NCBI GenBank assembly: GCA_963803435.1
Contig: CAWDML010000009.1
Location: 1,088,001 to 1,152,000, forward strand
Source: an uncultured delta proteobacterium
Lineage (GTDB): Bacteria > Myxococcota > Kuafuiibacteriia > Kuafuiibacteriales > Kuafuiibacteriaceae
Direction of reading: 5' to 3'
Length of the DNA: 64,000 nt
Shown: in pieces, positions 55,173 to 64,000 of the stretch
How the letters are laid out: each line of letters opens with the position of its first letter
Numbering within the stretch: position 1 is the stretch's first letter
Position numbers and translations under genes: made by a program
Notes under the pieces: generated by a model
The model's database searches: none
What the model saw: the letters and a program-made list of their open reading frames with translations, nothing else
Told to the model about the DNA's origin: nothing

Positions 55173-55784
55173 CTAGTTGGACACCGAGAAGAGCTCTAGC
55201 CCGACACCGGCGGCGCCCCGATCCCTGAGCGTCCCCCGGAAGCGCTGCGGCAGGCCGAGCAGCGGCCGGCAGACCTGCGCGCACTCGCTCCCGCTGCACT
55301 CGGGCGGCGGTGTGAAGCACTCGCCGCCCAAGAGGGAGACCCGACCGCCCACGGTCACGGTGGCCGTACAGGTGTTGCAGCAGGGCATGTCCTGGGGGCA
55401 CGTCCGGTCCGTACAGTCGAGCGCGGTGCGGGTGGCGGTTCCGGTGATCTCCACGATCATCCCGGCCCAGGTCGAGATCTGGTCCACCGCCTCGGTCGCG
55501 GTCAGCACCGCCACGGCCGGCTCGCTGCAGCGATCGCCCGCGTCCGGCGCGGCGTCCCTGGCGTCGGCCCCGCCGTCCGTCGAGCTGTCGACGCGCCCCG
55601 AGTCGCCGACGTCTCCGGACGAGGTGGCGTCCGCCTCGGCGTCGGTCGGAGAGTCCGGGATCGATCCGTCTCCGACGATCACGTTGCCGTCGAACGTGTC
55701 GTCCGGGGGCCCGCCGCCGCAGTCGCAGCCCGACACGACCAGCGCGCCCAGCAGCAGGCTAAGGAGTGAGGACCGTGCCGCCAT
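55173..55784 (-). CDS. Small Cys-rich lipoprotein
   Basis: VSGC lipobox, acidic DA-rich linker, CTDRTCPQDMPCCNTC motif. Confidence 0.75.
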   Translation of the reverse strand: MAARSSLLSLLLGALVVSGCDCGGGPPDDTFDGNVIVGDGSIPDSPTDAEADATSSGDVGDSGRVDSSTDGGADARDAAPDAGDRCSEPAVAVLTATEAVDQISTWAGMIVEITGTATRTALDCTDRTCPQDMPCCNTCTATVTVGGRVSLLGGECFTPPPECSGSECAQVCRPLLGLPQRFRGTLRDRGAAGVGLELFSVSN

Positions 55785-57730
55785 CCGAGTTCACGAACGC
55801 GACGAACTGCTCCCGCGCGTGCTGGGGAGAGTCGTTGCCCAAGAGGCAGGAGAAGATGAAGAAGTCGTCGCAGTTCCCCAGGTGCTGGCTGACCCGGCTC
55901 GCCGGGATCGGGACGCCCTGGGTCAGCCGCTGCCGGGCGCTCACCGGCACCCAGGTGCCTCCGTTGGGGTGGTTGAGGAGCAGCCGCCTCGCTTCACCCC
56001 CCACGGCCAGCTTGTCCTTCACCAGCGGCCCGATCGTCTCGATCGCGACGGAGCGCAGGAAGCCGGCCTCGAGGCGGGCCAGGTACTCCTCGGCCCGCGC
56101 CGCGCCAATCCCCTCCGGGAGCGTGGCCACGAACGAGCTCTTCAAGGGTTCGGGTCCGCCGAGGATGAGCTCCTGGAATCCGGTCCCGCCCGAGGGCACC
56201 TGCACCGTCTTGGGGGCGATCTCGCTGAACGCGACGGCCATCAGCGCCGCCAGCGACGCGTCTCCCTGCGCCACCACGTGGAGATGGTTCGGATCGGGGC
56301 TGAGACCCTGGCTGAGGAACGCGTTCGAGTCCCTCAGCGTCTTGTACACGTGGAGGATCTCGATCGCGGCGGCGATCTGGGTGTCGCGCAGGGCGCGGGC
56401 GTCGCCGGGGAAGAAGTACTGGCCGCTCGCGTCCGGGACGCCGTCGGGTCCGACCAGCTCCATGTTGTTGTTGTTGGGCAACGCGTCGGCGAGGGCAGCG
56501 ATCTCGGTCTCCGTCCGGCCGTCCGCACAGACCCCGCTCGCGTCCGGCGCGCGATCGCCTTCGCATCGCAGATCGATCGCCAGCACCGCGGCCTTCGGGG
56601 TCCCCGCCATCTCGTTCGCGAGGGCCCGCACGTCCAGCTTCGAGCGCCCGAAGCCCGGGACGTACAAGACCACCCCGTACGGCGGTGGGGATCGCGGGAT
56701 GGTGATGATGAACGGAACCTCGATCTCGCGCACCACCTGCGGGAAGTTGTCCCGCTGCCGCAGGTCGTCGCCGAGGACCTGAGGCACGGTGATGGTGCCC
56801 CGGCGGTAGCTCATGATCGACTGGTACGCGATCGCCGGGAGCCCCGGATAGAGCTCGGCCGGATCCCGATCCCCACCGCCCTCCGTGGTGACCTTGAACG
56901 GATATCGCCCCTGGCGCACGGCCGCCTGGTAGGCGGCGAAGATCTTCGACGTCCGCTCCAGCGGGTTCGGCACCGTGGTGAACATCTGGATCGACGTGAT
57001 CTTTTCCGCCGGGATCGGCGGCGACGCCTTCGCCAAGAGCGACACGATCGGGGCCAGCGAGAGGCGCGCCCGCTCCAGCCGCTCCGCGCCGGTCGCGTCG
57101 AGCCCTTCGATGGCGCCGGCCGCGATCGGCGTCTTACCGACGAGCAGCGTCGTCGGCGGCGCCGCGGCCACCGGCTTCTGCGGTCGCTCGCCGTCCTTGA
57201 TCGCGCTGGTGGCCACGACGACGTAGGCGTGTCCGACCTCCAGCGGGATGGCGGGCTGAACGCGGATCGCGTCGTCGAAGCTGGCCGACACCGAGACCAC
57301 CTCGAAGTCCGCCGCCGCGGTGGCGCCCACCGTCGCCTTCAGCATCACGAGCGGCGGGAGCGATCCGCCGGCGCCGCCCTCGAGCGCGAACGTCACGGTC
57401 GAGCTGAGCGTGGCGCCGTCGAGGCTCCCGTCGATCGGGAGCACGATGTCCGAGTTGACCGGGACGCCCTCGTCGAGCTGGGCGAAGAACAGCGCCTTTT
57501 CGAATCGGGTCCGAGGGCCCCGGGCACCCCGAGAGCTCGCTCTTGCCGTCCTCACCGCGGAAGAGGTCCGTCGGCGTGGGCACGCCGGCGGTGCAGACAT
57601 CCGTGGTGTCGAAGAGGAAGTGGGTGACCTTCGGCGGGGGCGGCGGCATGTCATCGGACTCGCCGCCGCCGCTGCATCCAGAGAGGAGGGCGACCGTGAG
57701 CCCAAGTGTGAGCGCTTGCGTTCGTCCCAT
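55759..57730 (-). CDS. Lipoprotein with degenerate Pla-1/VolA-like alpha/beta-hydrolase fold (frameshift ~57503)
   Basis: MGRTQ..LLSGC; PTPTDL, P..PL....Y, IDL...GDR, D.SG..F, RD..; elbow reads AQGDAS. Confidence 0.75.
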
Positions 57731-57749
57731 CGTCACCCTCCTCGTTCCG

Positions 57750-59057
57750 CTATAACCGGACTCCGGCGGACAGCGCCACCAGATGAATCGAAGTGCCGCC
57801 GTACGAGCCCGGCGCAAAGTTGAGGTTGGCCTCTGCGACCTCGCGCTTCAACACCCAGAGGAACATGTAACTGGCGTCGACATAGAACACGCCCATGTCG
57901 AAGCCGAGGCCGGCCGTCGCAATGATGCGCGAGCCGTCGGGGAGCGTCGGATCGAGCGTATCGATCGGAACCGGCGTCACGTCGTACGCCACGCCCAGGC
58001 GGAGCGGGATCGAGAAGTCGCCCAGCGCGAGCCGGTACTCACCGCCCAGCCGGATCAACGGCGAGGCCTTCCAGTTGCGCGGAGCGGCCTGGCTCGGCGT
58101 CGGCCGGCCTGTGTCGAAGTTGATCCGCAGCTCGTCGAAGCTCCCCCACAGCGTCAGCTGCGCCGAAGCCTCCACCACCCAGTCGTGCTCCTGCCAGCCG
58201 ATGCCGAACAGGAAGGTATGGGGCAGGGTGACGTCGGCGTTCGCCGTCTGGTCCGGGAACTGGGCGCGGATCTCCGCGGGTGCGTCCGACGGCAGATCGA
58301 AGTTCGCGTCCCCGCTGAAGCTGAGGTCGACCGCCGAGCGGAACGCGAGCCCGAGCTTCAGGTTGTCGAGCAGCGTCACCTGCACACCGGCGTTGGCGCC
58401 CACACCGAAGGCGCTGGCCGACAGCTCGACCGTCCCTTCCTTCGCGTAGACCGAGGTGGGGAAGAGGACCTGGCCGTTGTCGGACGCGCCCAGGACCCGC
58501 TTCAGATACACGGTCGACGGCACCAGCGAGACGCCGACCGCCACCGAGACCCAGTCGGCGAGCTTCAGCGCAATCGTCGGCGTCATGAAGTAGGTCCTGA
58601 GCTCAATCTCCTGGATCACCGTCCGGCCCGGGAACTGGTCGGGCTCGTCCCAGGCCAGCTTGAGGCCGTACGGCAGATAGAAGCCGAAGCCCACGTAGGC
58701 CTTCGACGAGAGCGCCCGCGACACGTACGCGTTCGGGACGAACACCGGCGCCGAGCTGGCGTCCCACTCCTTCGACTCGCCCGTGGCGTTCGCCGAGGGG
58801 ATGCCGACCCCGTCATACTTCCCCTCCGGCACGATCATCGTGATGCCGACGAGGAACTGCGTCCCTTCGACGTTCGCCAACCCGGCCGGGTTGTGCCAGA
58901 TCGCCGACGGATCGTTGACCGTAGCCACCACCGAGCTGGCGCGTCCCATGGCCGCCGCCGAGTGCTCGTTGATCTGGAAACCTGCGGCCGACGCGGTCGC
59001 GGTCGAGCCGACGAGGCCCAGCACGCAGGCTACCTTGCAAACCTTGTTCATCCACAT
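57750..59057 (-). CDS. fadL: FadL/OmpP1-family outer-membrane hydrophobic-compound channel
   Basis: Mature N-terminus AGFQINEHSAAAMGRA, NDPSAIWHNPAG, PYGL, PTLPD; C-terminal beta-strand. Confidence 0.92.
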   Translation of the reverse strand: MWMNKVCKVACVLGLVGSTATASAAGFQINEHSAAAMGRASSVVATVNDPSAIWHNPAGLANVEGTQFLVGITMIVPEGKYDGVGIPSANATGESKEWDASSAPVFVPNAYVSRALSSKAYVGFGFYLPYGLKLAWDEPDQFPGRTVIQEIELRTYFMTPTIALKLADWVSVAVGVSLVPSTVYLKRVLGASDNGQVLFPTSVYAKEGTVELSASAFGVGANAGVQVTLLDNLKLGLAFRSAVDLSFSGDANFDLPSDAPAEIRAQFPDQTANADVTLPHTFLFGIGWQEHDWVVEASAQLTLWGSFDELRINFDTGRPTPSQAAPRNWKASPLIRLGGEYRLALGDFSIPLRLGVAYDVTPVPIDTLDPTLPDGSRIIATAGLGFDMGVFYVDASYMFLWVLKREVAEANLNFAPGSYGGTSIHLVALSAGVRL

Positions 59058-59074
59058 GACGTCGCCCTACTCCC

Positions 59075-62000
59075 CTATGGGCACGGAATGCCCGACACCT
59101 GACCGGGCCGCTTCGGCGGCACGACCGTTCCGCTCGACTCGAGGAAACCTGCTGCCTGGATCTGCGCTCCTGCCGTGTTGCACAGGATGTCGGGCAGGTT
59201 CGGCGTGCCGTCCTCGTTGAAGGCGCCGCACGTCGGCGCCAGCAAGAATCCGTGGCAGCCCGAGCCCATGGTCGCCTGCGGCAGTCCGGTGAAGTCGTAG
59301 ATCGCGAAGTGGGTGTCGTTGCTGGTGAACGGGTCCGTAGTGAGATCGAGGTCGAAGTCGTACGCCAGGCCCAGGAGCAGCGACGAGCTGTTCGGCACCA
59401 CCGGATCCGGCCGCGACATCTGCATCAGGATGTTCTCCGGACCGAGCGGCGGGATCGTCACGGTCCCCCCCGGCGTCACGAGCGACCGGTCGTAGAGCGT
59501 GCCGATCGAGGTGCCCAGCGGATCGCCCGGGTCGAGCACCCACTGCGCGATGAGGAGGAACTGCCGGAAGTCCTGCGTCGGCTGGCACCCCGAGGCCGGG
59601 TTGCCCTCGACGTTGAACTCGCAGACGCCCGCCTGCGCCAGCGCCGCATAGAGCGGCGCCGAGATCTGCGGCACCGTGTTCAGCACGACGTTGGTCAGGC
59701 TGCCGCCACCGACGTTGAGGACCACCGCCTGCACCTCGTCGGGCCGGACGTAGGCCGCGAAGTTGCCGCCGGCAATCCCGCCCAGCGACTGGCCGATGTA
59801 GCCGACGCGCGTGCCGTCCAGATCGGGCAGGAGCCCGCCGGCGCGACCCTCGGTCTGAAGTGTGCGGAGCACCGTCAGCTGATCGATCGTCCCCTGGCGG
59901 AAGTTGTCGCGGACCCCGAAGAGGTTCGGCGACAAGAGGCCGGTGGCGGACGGATCCTGGAGGCCGTCGCAGCCGCCCTGGCACATCCCGGTCTGGGGAT
60001 CGCAGGCCACCAGCGCCGGGTCGACATCGGGCACCCCGTTTTGATCCACGCAGGGCGCGCCCGTCATGTTGTTGATCAGGTCCGAGGCCCGGTCACCGTG
60101 GAATGGGAAGTCGATCATCACCGTGGCCCAGCCGTCGCCCGTGTTGGCCAGCGTGTTCGCGATGAGGAACCCGTTCTCCTTCTCCTGGCCGAGGCCGTGC
60201 TGGAAGATCGCCACCGGGTACCCGTTGGCGGGCATGGGATTGGCCGACGTGATCACCCAGAAGGGCAGGTCGATCACCTCCGGCTGCATGATCGTGGCCG
60301 GCGTGAACGTGCCTGCGGCGAACGGCGAGCCCACGGTGGCCCGATAGCCCTTCATCAGGTAGAGCCGCGCCTCTGCCAGGTTGCCCACGATGACCTGATG
60401 CGCGAGCTGGCAGACCAAGTTGCCGGGGACGCCCGGGTTGACGCTGGTGATGTTGCCTTCGGCATCCCGCGTGGCGCAGTCGGCCGGCATGATGTCCGGC
60501 AGCATCGCGCCGGCCTCGCAGAAGCCGACACAGAAGTTGGGCACCACCCCGATGAGCGCGGCGATGCTGGCGGTGCCCACGACGTCGATGATCGGGCCGA
60601 CCACGCGCGGGGTGCCGTCGAGCTGCTCCCAGACGTTCGGGAGCAGGACGTTCTTCACCGCGTCGACGGTCTCGGTGATCGTCTGCGTCTTGTAGAGGAA
60701 CGCCATCAAGAGCTCGGATCGGGTGATGCCGGTGGTGCCGGTGGTGATCGCCTCGACGCTCTGGGTCCAGCGGGGATGATTCGCCTGGGTCTCGAGCTGC
60801 ATCGCCAGCCCCTGCACCGTCGTCGGATCCGCGAGGGCCCCGGTGGTCTCGACCGTCGAGCACTGGAAGGCCTGCTCGGCCTTCGGCGGGATCGGGTTGC
60901 TGGTGAACGGCTGATCGACGTCTCGCAGGATCTGAAACGTGCTCGCCGCGACCACCGGGATGCCGTCCTCGTCCAGGATGCCGCTGGTCACCGCGACCAC
61001 GTACATCTGATCCTGCAGCAGCGGCATGAGCGGACGCAGGGTCACGGTGGGCGGGCCGAAGCTGCTCGACGCGGTGTACGTGAGCGTCAGCGGAACGAGG
61101 TCCGGATCCGCCACGCCCTCATCGTCGACGAGGTGCATCTCGATGTGGTCCGCCAGCGTCGACTCGTCCAGGTTCCGCGTGAAGGTGATCGCGATGGGCG
61201 CGGTGTTGGAGAAGCCGTCCAGCGTGTTGAGGCCGCGCTTGAGCGCCGCCGCGGTGGGCGAGTCGGCCGGGTCGGGCGGCAGGTAGACCATGATGCCGCC
61301 GCCGGTCGAGGTGCGGGTCATCAGCGGCAGGTTGGGGAACGGGAACTTGTTGTTGGCCGGATCGAACTCGAGCTCGGTCTCGCCTCCGGTGGTCCACTCG
61401 TTGAGGAAGACCGCGTCCTTCCGGTTGGCCAGGACCCCCTCCACCGTCAGCTTGTCGCCGATGCCGGTGAAGAACTGGAAGAGCTGGCGGAGCTGAAGCC
61501 CGTAGCCGGTCAGGACCTGCTCGAACTTCGTCTTCTCCTCACCCTCGAGCTGCGTGACCTCCTTGCCGCCGAAGTCGAGGACGCCGTCGCCGTTGCCGTC
61601 GTAGGTGGTGAGGATCGTGGTCTCGACCTGGCTGCGGAGGAGCGCCGAGGTGATCTCGCCGTCCGCGGTGACCGGGGCGACGTCCGTCCCCACGTTCAGC
61701 AGCGAGAACAGCGCCGAGGGCTCGACGCGATGGCCGTCCGCGTCCCGCAGACCCCCGGCGTCGGTGCTCTCGACCGCCAGGAAGTACTTCGTGCGGGCCA
61801 TGAGCGGCTCCGTCGGCACCAGCACCACCTGGATGCCGGGCGGGATGTCCGCCATGGTGTAGCGGGTCGCGCCCGACGGCGTCCGCTCGCAGGCGGAGGG
61901 CGGGCGCGGCCGCTCCATGATCGGCATGCTCGGGTCGGCGAAGGTCAGCCCGATCTTGCGCAGGTGGCCGTCCGCCTGCAGCCCGTACAGCGACACGCCC

Positions 62001-62347
62001 GACATCACCGAGGCGGTGTCGACGTTGCCCGAGAAGTAGAGCGTGATCGGCGTGCTGAGCGGCCATCCCTGCACGAACTGGAGGCACTGCTTGGTCGACG
62101 GGAGCTCGCAGGGGTCCGGCGCGACCATGTCCTGGTTCAGCGTGCCGTCCGGATTCTCCGCCAGGCCCGTCGGCGAGGGTACCAGCTGCAGCACATCGAC
62201 CGGGTTCGACGGGTCGAACTGCGCGACCACGGCGCCGAGGTTGTCGGGGCTCGGGGGGTTGGGATCCAGCTCGATATCCCGTGCACACCCAGCGCCGGTG
62301 GTGAGGCCGAGGACCAGACATGAACGGATCAGGCGACGCCTGAACAT
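59075..62347 (-). CDS. Large lipase-like lipoprotein (Pla-1/VolA-like alpha/beta hydrolase)
   Basis: GAGC lipobox, GGAGGAGG RBS; PFPN, LNTLDGFS, PVAIFQHGLG, IDFPFHGDR, RDNFRQ, GQSLGG, DPVVPN, HGFLL. Confidence 0.85.
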   Translation of the reverse strand: MFRRRLIRSCLVLGLTTGAGCARDIELDPNPPSPDNLGAVVAQFDPSNPVDVLQLVPSPTGLAENPDGTLNQDMVAPDPCELPSTKQCLQFVQGWPLSTPITLYFSGNVDTASVMSGVSLYGLQADGHLRKIGLTFADPSMPIMERPRPPSACERTPSGATRYTMADIPPGIQVVLVPTEPLMARTKYFLAVESTDAGGLRDADGHRVEPSALFSLLNVGTDVAPVTADGEITSALLRSQVETTILTTYDGNGDGVLDFGGKEVTQLEGEEKTKFEQVLTGYGLQLRQLFQFFTGIGDKLTVEGVLANRKDAVFLNEWTTGGETELEFDPANNKFPFPNLPLMTRTSTGGGIMVYLPPDPADSPTAAALKRGLNTLDGFSNTAPIAITFTRNLDESTLADHIEMHLVDDEGVADPDLVPLTLTYTASSSFGPPTVTLRPLMPLLQDQMYVVAVTSGILDEDGIPVVAASTFQILRDVDQPFTSNPIPPKAEQAFQCSTVETTGALADPTTVQGLAMQLETQANHPRWTQSVEAITTGTTGITRSELLMAFLYKTQTITETVDAVKNVLLPNVWEQLDGTPRVVGPIIDVVGTASIAALIGVVPNFCVGFCEAGAMLPDIMPADCATRDAEGNITSVNPGVPGNLVCQLAHQVIVGNLAEARLYLMKGYRATVGSPFAAGTFTPATIMQPEVIDLPFWVITSANPMPANGYPVAIFQHGLGQEKENGFLIANTLANTGDGWATVMIDFPFHGDRASDLINNMTGAPCVDQNGVPDVDPALVACDPQTGMCQGGCDGLQDPSATGLLSPNLFGVRDNFRQGTIDQLTVLRTLQTEGRAGGLLPDLDGTRVGYIGQSLGGIAGGNFAAYVRPDEVQAVVLNVGGGSLTNVVLNTVPQISAPLYAALAQAGVCEFNVEGNPASGCQPTQDFRQFLLIAQWVLDPGDPLGTSIGTLYDRSLVTPGGTVTIPPLGPENILMQMSRPDPVVPNSSSLLLGLAYDFDLDLTTDPFTSNDTHFAIYDFTGLPQATMGSGCHGFLLAPTCGAFNEDGTPNLPDILCNTAGAQIQAAGFLESSGTVVPPKRPGQVSGIPCP

Positions 62348-62525
62348 AAGGTTTCCTCCTCCACAAATCCGCCCGCGAGAAGGGGCGAGTCGGCCCGCGG
62401 GTAACACAAAAGTTGCGTCTTGTGACAGCGATTTTGCATCTCGGGGGCGCCGGACGCTCCGGTGAGGCTACCGCCGGCCGCCCGCGGCGGGCGCGTTTTC
62501 AAGCAGGGCGTGATAGGTGTCGCCC

Positions 62526-63443
62526 ATGGAGACGCGCGGGCGCGCAGCGCATCAGTTCTTTCTCCAGATCCAGCAAGAGATCACGGATCGCCTGGCCGCG
62601 ATCGGGGGCAATCCGTTTCGGGTCGACGAGTGGACGCGCGACGAGGGCGGCGGCGGCCGATCCATGATCCTGCTCGACGGCACCACCTTCGAGAAGGGCG
62701 GTGTCAACGTATCTTGCGTGCATGGAGAGCTTTCGGAGGCGTTCGCCAAGGACCTCCCCGGGGAGGGCCGGCGCTTCTTCGCCACTGGGATCAGCCTGGT
62801 CATCCACCCACGAAACCCACACGTCCCGACGGTTCACGCGAACTTCCGCTACCTCGAGAAAGGCACCGACGCCGCCTGGTTCGGCGGCGGATCGGACCTC
62901 ACCCCCTGGATCCTCTACGACGAGGACGCCGTCCATTTCCACCGGGTCTGGCGCTCGGTCTGTGATCGCCATCCAGTCGCAAATTACGCGCGCTTCAAGG
63001 AGTGGTGCGACGAGTACTTCTTTCTCCCCCACCGCGGTGAGCGCCGCGGGATCGGCGGGATCTTCTTCGACTACCTCGGGCTCGCGGGCTCGAAGATCGG
63101 CACGCCCGCGGATCTCGATCAGGTCTTCGCCTTCGTGAAGGACGCCGCCGCCGGCTTTCTCGACGCGTACGTCCCGATCGTGGAGCGCAGGCGTGCGGCG
63201 GCCTGGACGGAGGATCAGCGCCTCTGGCAGCTCACGCGCCGGGGCCGCTACGTCGAGTTCAACCTGGTCTACGACCGGGGGACGATCTTCGGGCTGAAGA
63301 CCAATGGCCGGGTGGAGTCGATCCTGATGTCGCTGCCCAGCCTGGTGCGCTGGGGCTACGACGAGCACCCGGCCCCCGGCACGGAGCAGGCCCGGCTCGT
63401 CGGGATCCTCGAGAAGCCGCGCGACTGGCTCGGCGATGGATGA
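62526..63443 (+). CDS. hemF: Oxygen-dependent coproporphyrinogen III oxidase
   Basis: FEKGGVN, HPRNPHVPTVHANFRY, WFGGGSDLTP, RRGRYVEFNLVYDRGT. Confidence 0.98.
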   Translation: METRGRAAHQFFLQIQQEITDRLAAIGGNPFRVDEWTRDEGGGGRSMILLDGTTFEKGGVNVSCVHGELSEAFAKDLPGEGRRFFATGISLVIHPRNPHVPTVHANFRYLEKGTDAAWFGGGSDLTPWILYDEDAVHFHRVWRSVCDRHPVANYARFKEWCDEYFFLPHRGERRGIGGIFFDYLGLAGSKIGTPADLDQVFAFVKDAAAGFLDAYVPIVERRRAAAWTEDQRLWQLTRRGRYVEFNLVYDRGTIFGLKTNGRVESILMSLPSLVRWGYDEHPAPGTEQARLVGILEKPRDWLGDG

Positions 63444-63975
63444 GGCGCTCCTGCGCGGGATCAACGCTCTCGGCGCGATCCCGTTCTTCGCCACGCTCGC
63501 CCTGATCCTCTCCTCCCGATGGATGATCCCCGTGATCTGCGGCCCGCTGGCGCTCTCCCTGGCGCGCCGGAGGCGCTGGGCGGCCATGATCACCATCGCG
63601 CTGTCGATGGGCCTCGCCGACGTGGTCAGCTCCCGCGCGGTGAAGCCGCTGGTGGCCCGCGAGCGCCCGTGCCGCGCGCTCACTGGGCTCGCCGCGCCGG
63701 TCAGCTGCGGTCCGGGGCGGAGCTTCCCCTCGAGCCATGCCGCGATCTCGTTCGCGTTCCTGCTCTCGGCCGCGCCCACCGTGCGGCTCGGCTTCGCCAT
63801 CTTCACGCCGCTGGTGGTCGCGATCTCCGGATCGCGCGTACTGCTCGGGGTTCACTACCCGAGCGACGTGGCCGGCGGCGCCGCGATCGGTTCGATCCTC
63901 GGTGCGCTGGCCTGGCTGGGCCGGAAGAAGCTCGAGCTCAGAACGACCAGTCGCCTTCCTTCGACGAGCCCGTGA
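63436..63975 (+). CDS. PAP2-family membrane phosphatase
   Basis: KPLVARERP, SFPSSHA, SRVLLGVHYPSD. Confidence 0.93.
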   Translation: MDEALLRGINALGAIPFFATLALILSSRWMIPVICGPLALSLARRRRWAAMITIALSMGLADVVSSRAVKPLVARERPCRALTGLAAPVSCGPGRSFPSSHAAISFAFLLSAAPTVRLGFAIFTPLVVAISGSRVLLGVHYPSDVAGGAAIGSILGALAWLGRKKLELRTTSRLPSTSP

Positions 63976-64000
63976 GGGACCAGCGCACCAGCTTGGCCTC

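Noticed and set aside
59252-62323. Very long antisense or alternative-frame ORFs (e.g. 59252..62323, 55177..57627, 43497..45572, 5' part of 48384..52193)
   Set aside because: Arg/Gly/Ala-rich shadow ORFs expected from high-GC codon bias opposite well-supported genes.

Overview
High-GC (roughly 70% by eye), densely coding chromosomal window that looks like a member of Myxococcota: four Hanks-type kinase/pseudokinase genes, an FHA protein, a Myxococcus Cys-rich repeat and many large Cys-rich lipoproteins. Housekeeping content: rplM-rpsI, a stand-alone rpsD, 2-oxoacid dehydrogenase E1a/E1b/E2, tadA, tRNA-Ser(GGA), SRP RNA, dnaX-ybaB-recR, ettA, lysS, lolC/E-lolD, dsbD and hemF. Main points of interest: (1) a ~1 kb non-autonomous IS1182-derived element (9998-11019) with ~70-bp microsatellite-containing terminal inverted repeats, a CTAG duplication that supplies the stop codons of two convergent genes, and a four-helix-bundle passenger gene; (2) a ~10 kb minus-strand run encoding an intact VolA/Pla-1-like lipase lipoprotein, a FadL channel, a paralogous lipase lacking the whole catalytic triad and two further lipoproteins; (3) an LPP20-like/FlgT-like/FecR trio; (4) about ten small frameshifts in eight otherwise intact genes, several at GATC motifs, which suggests sequencing errors possibly linked to DNA methylation. 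All family calls come from motif recognition by eye; no database searches were run.
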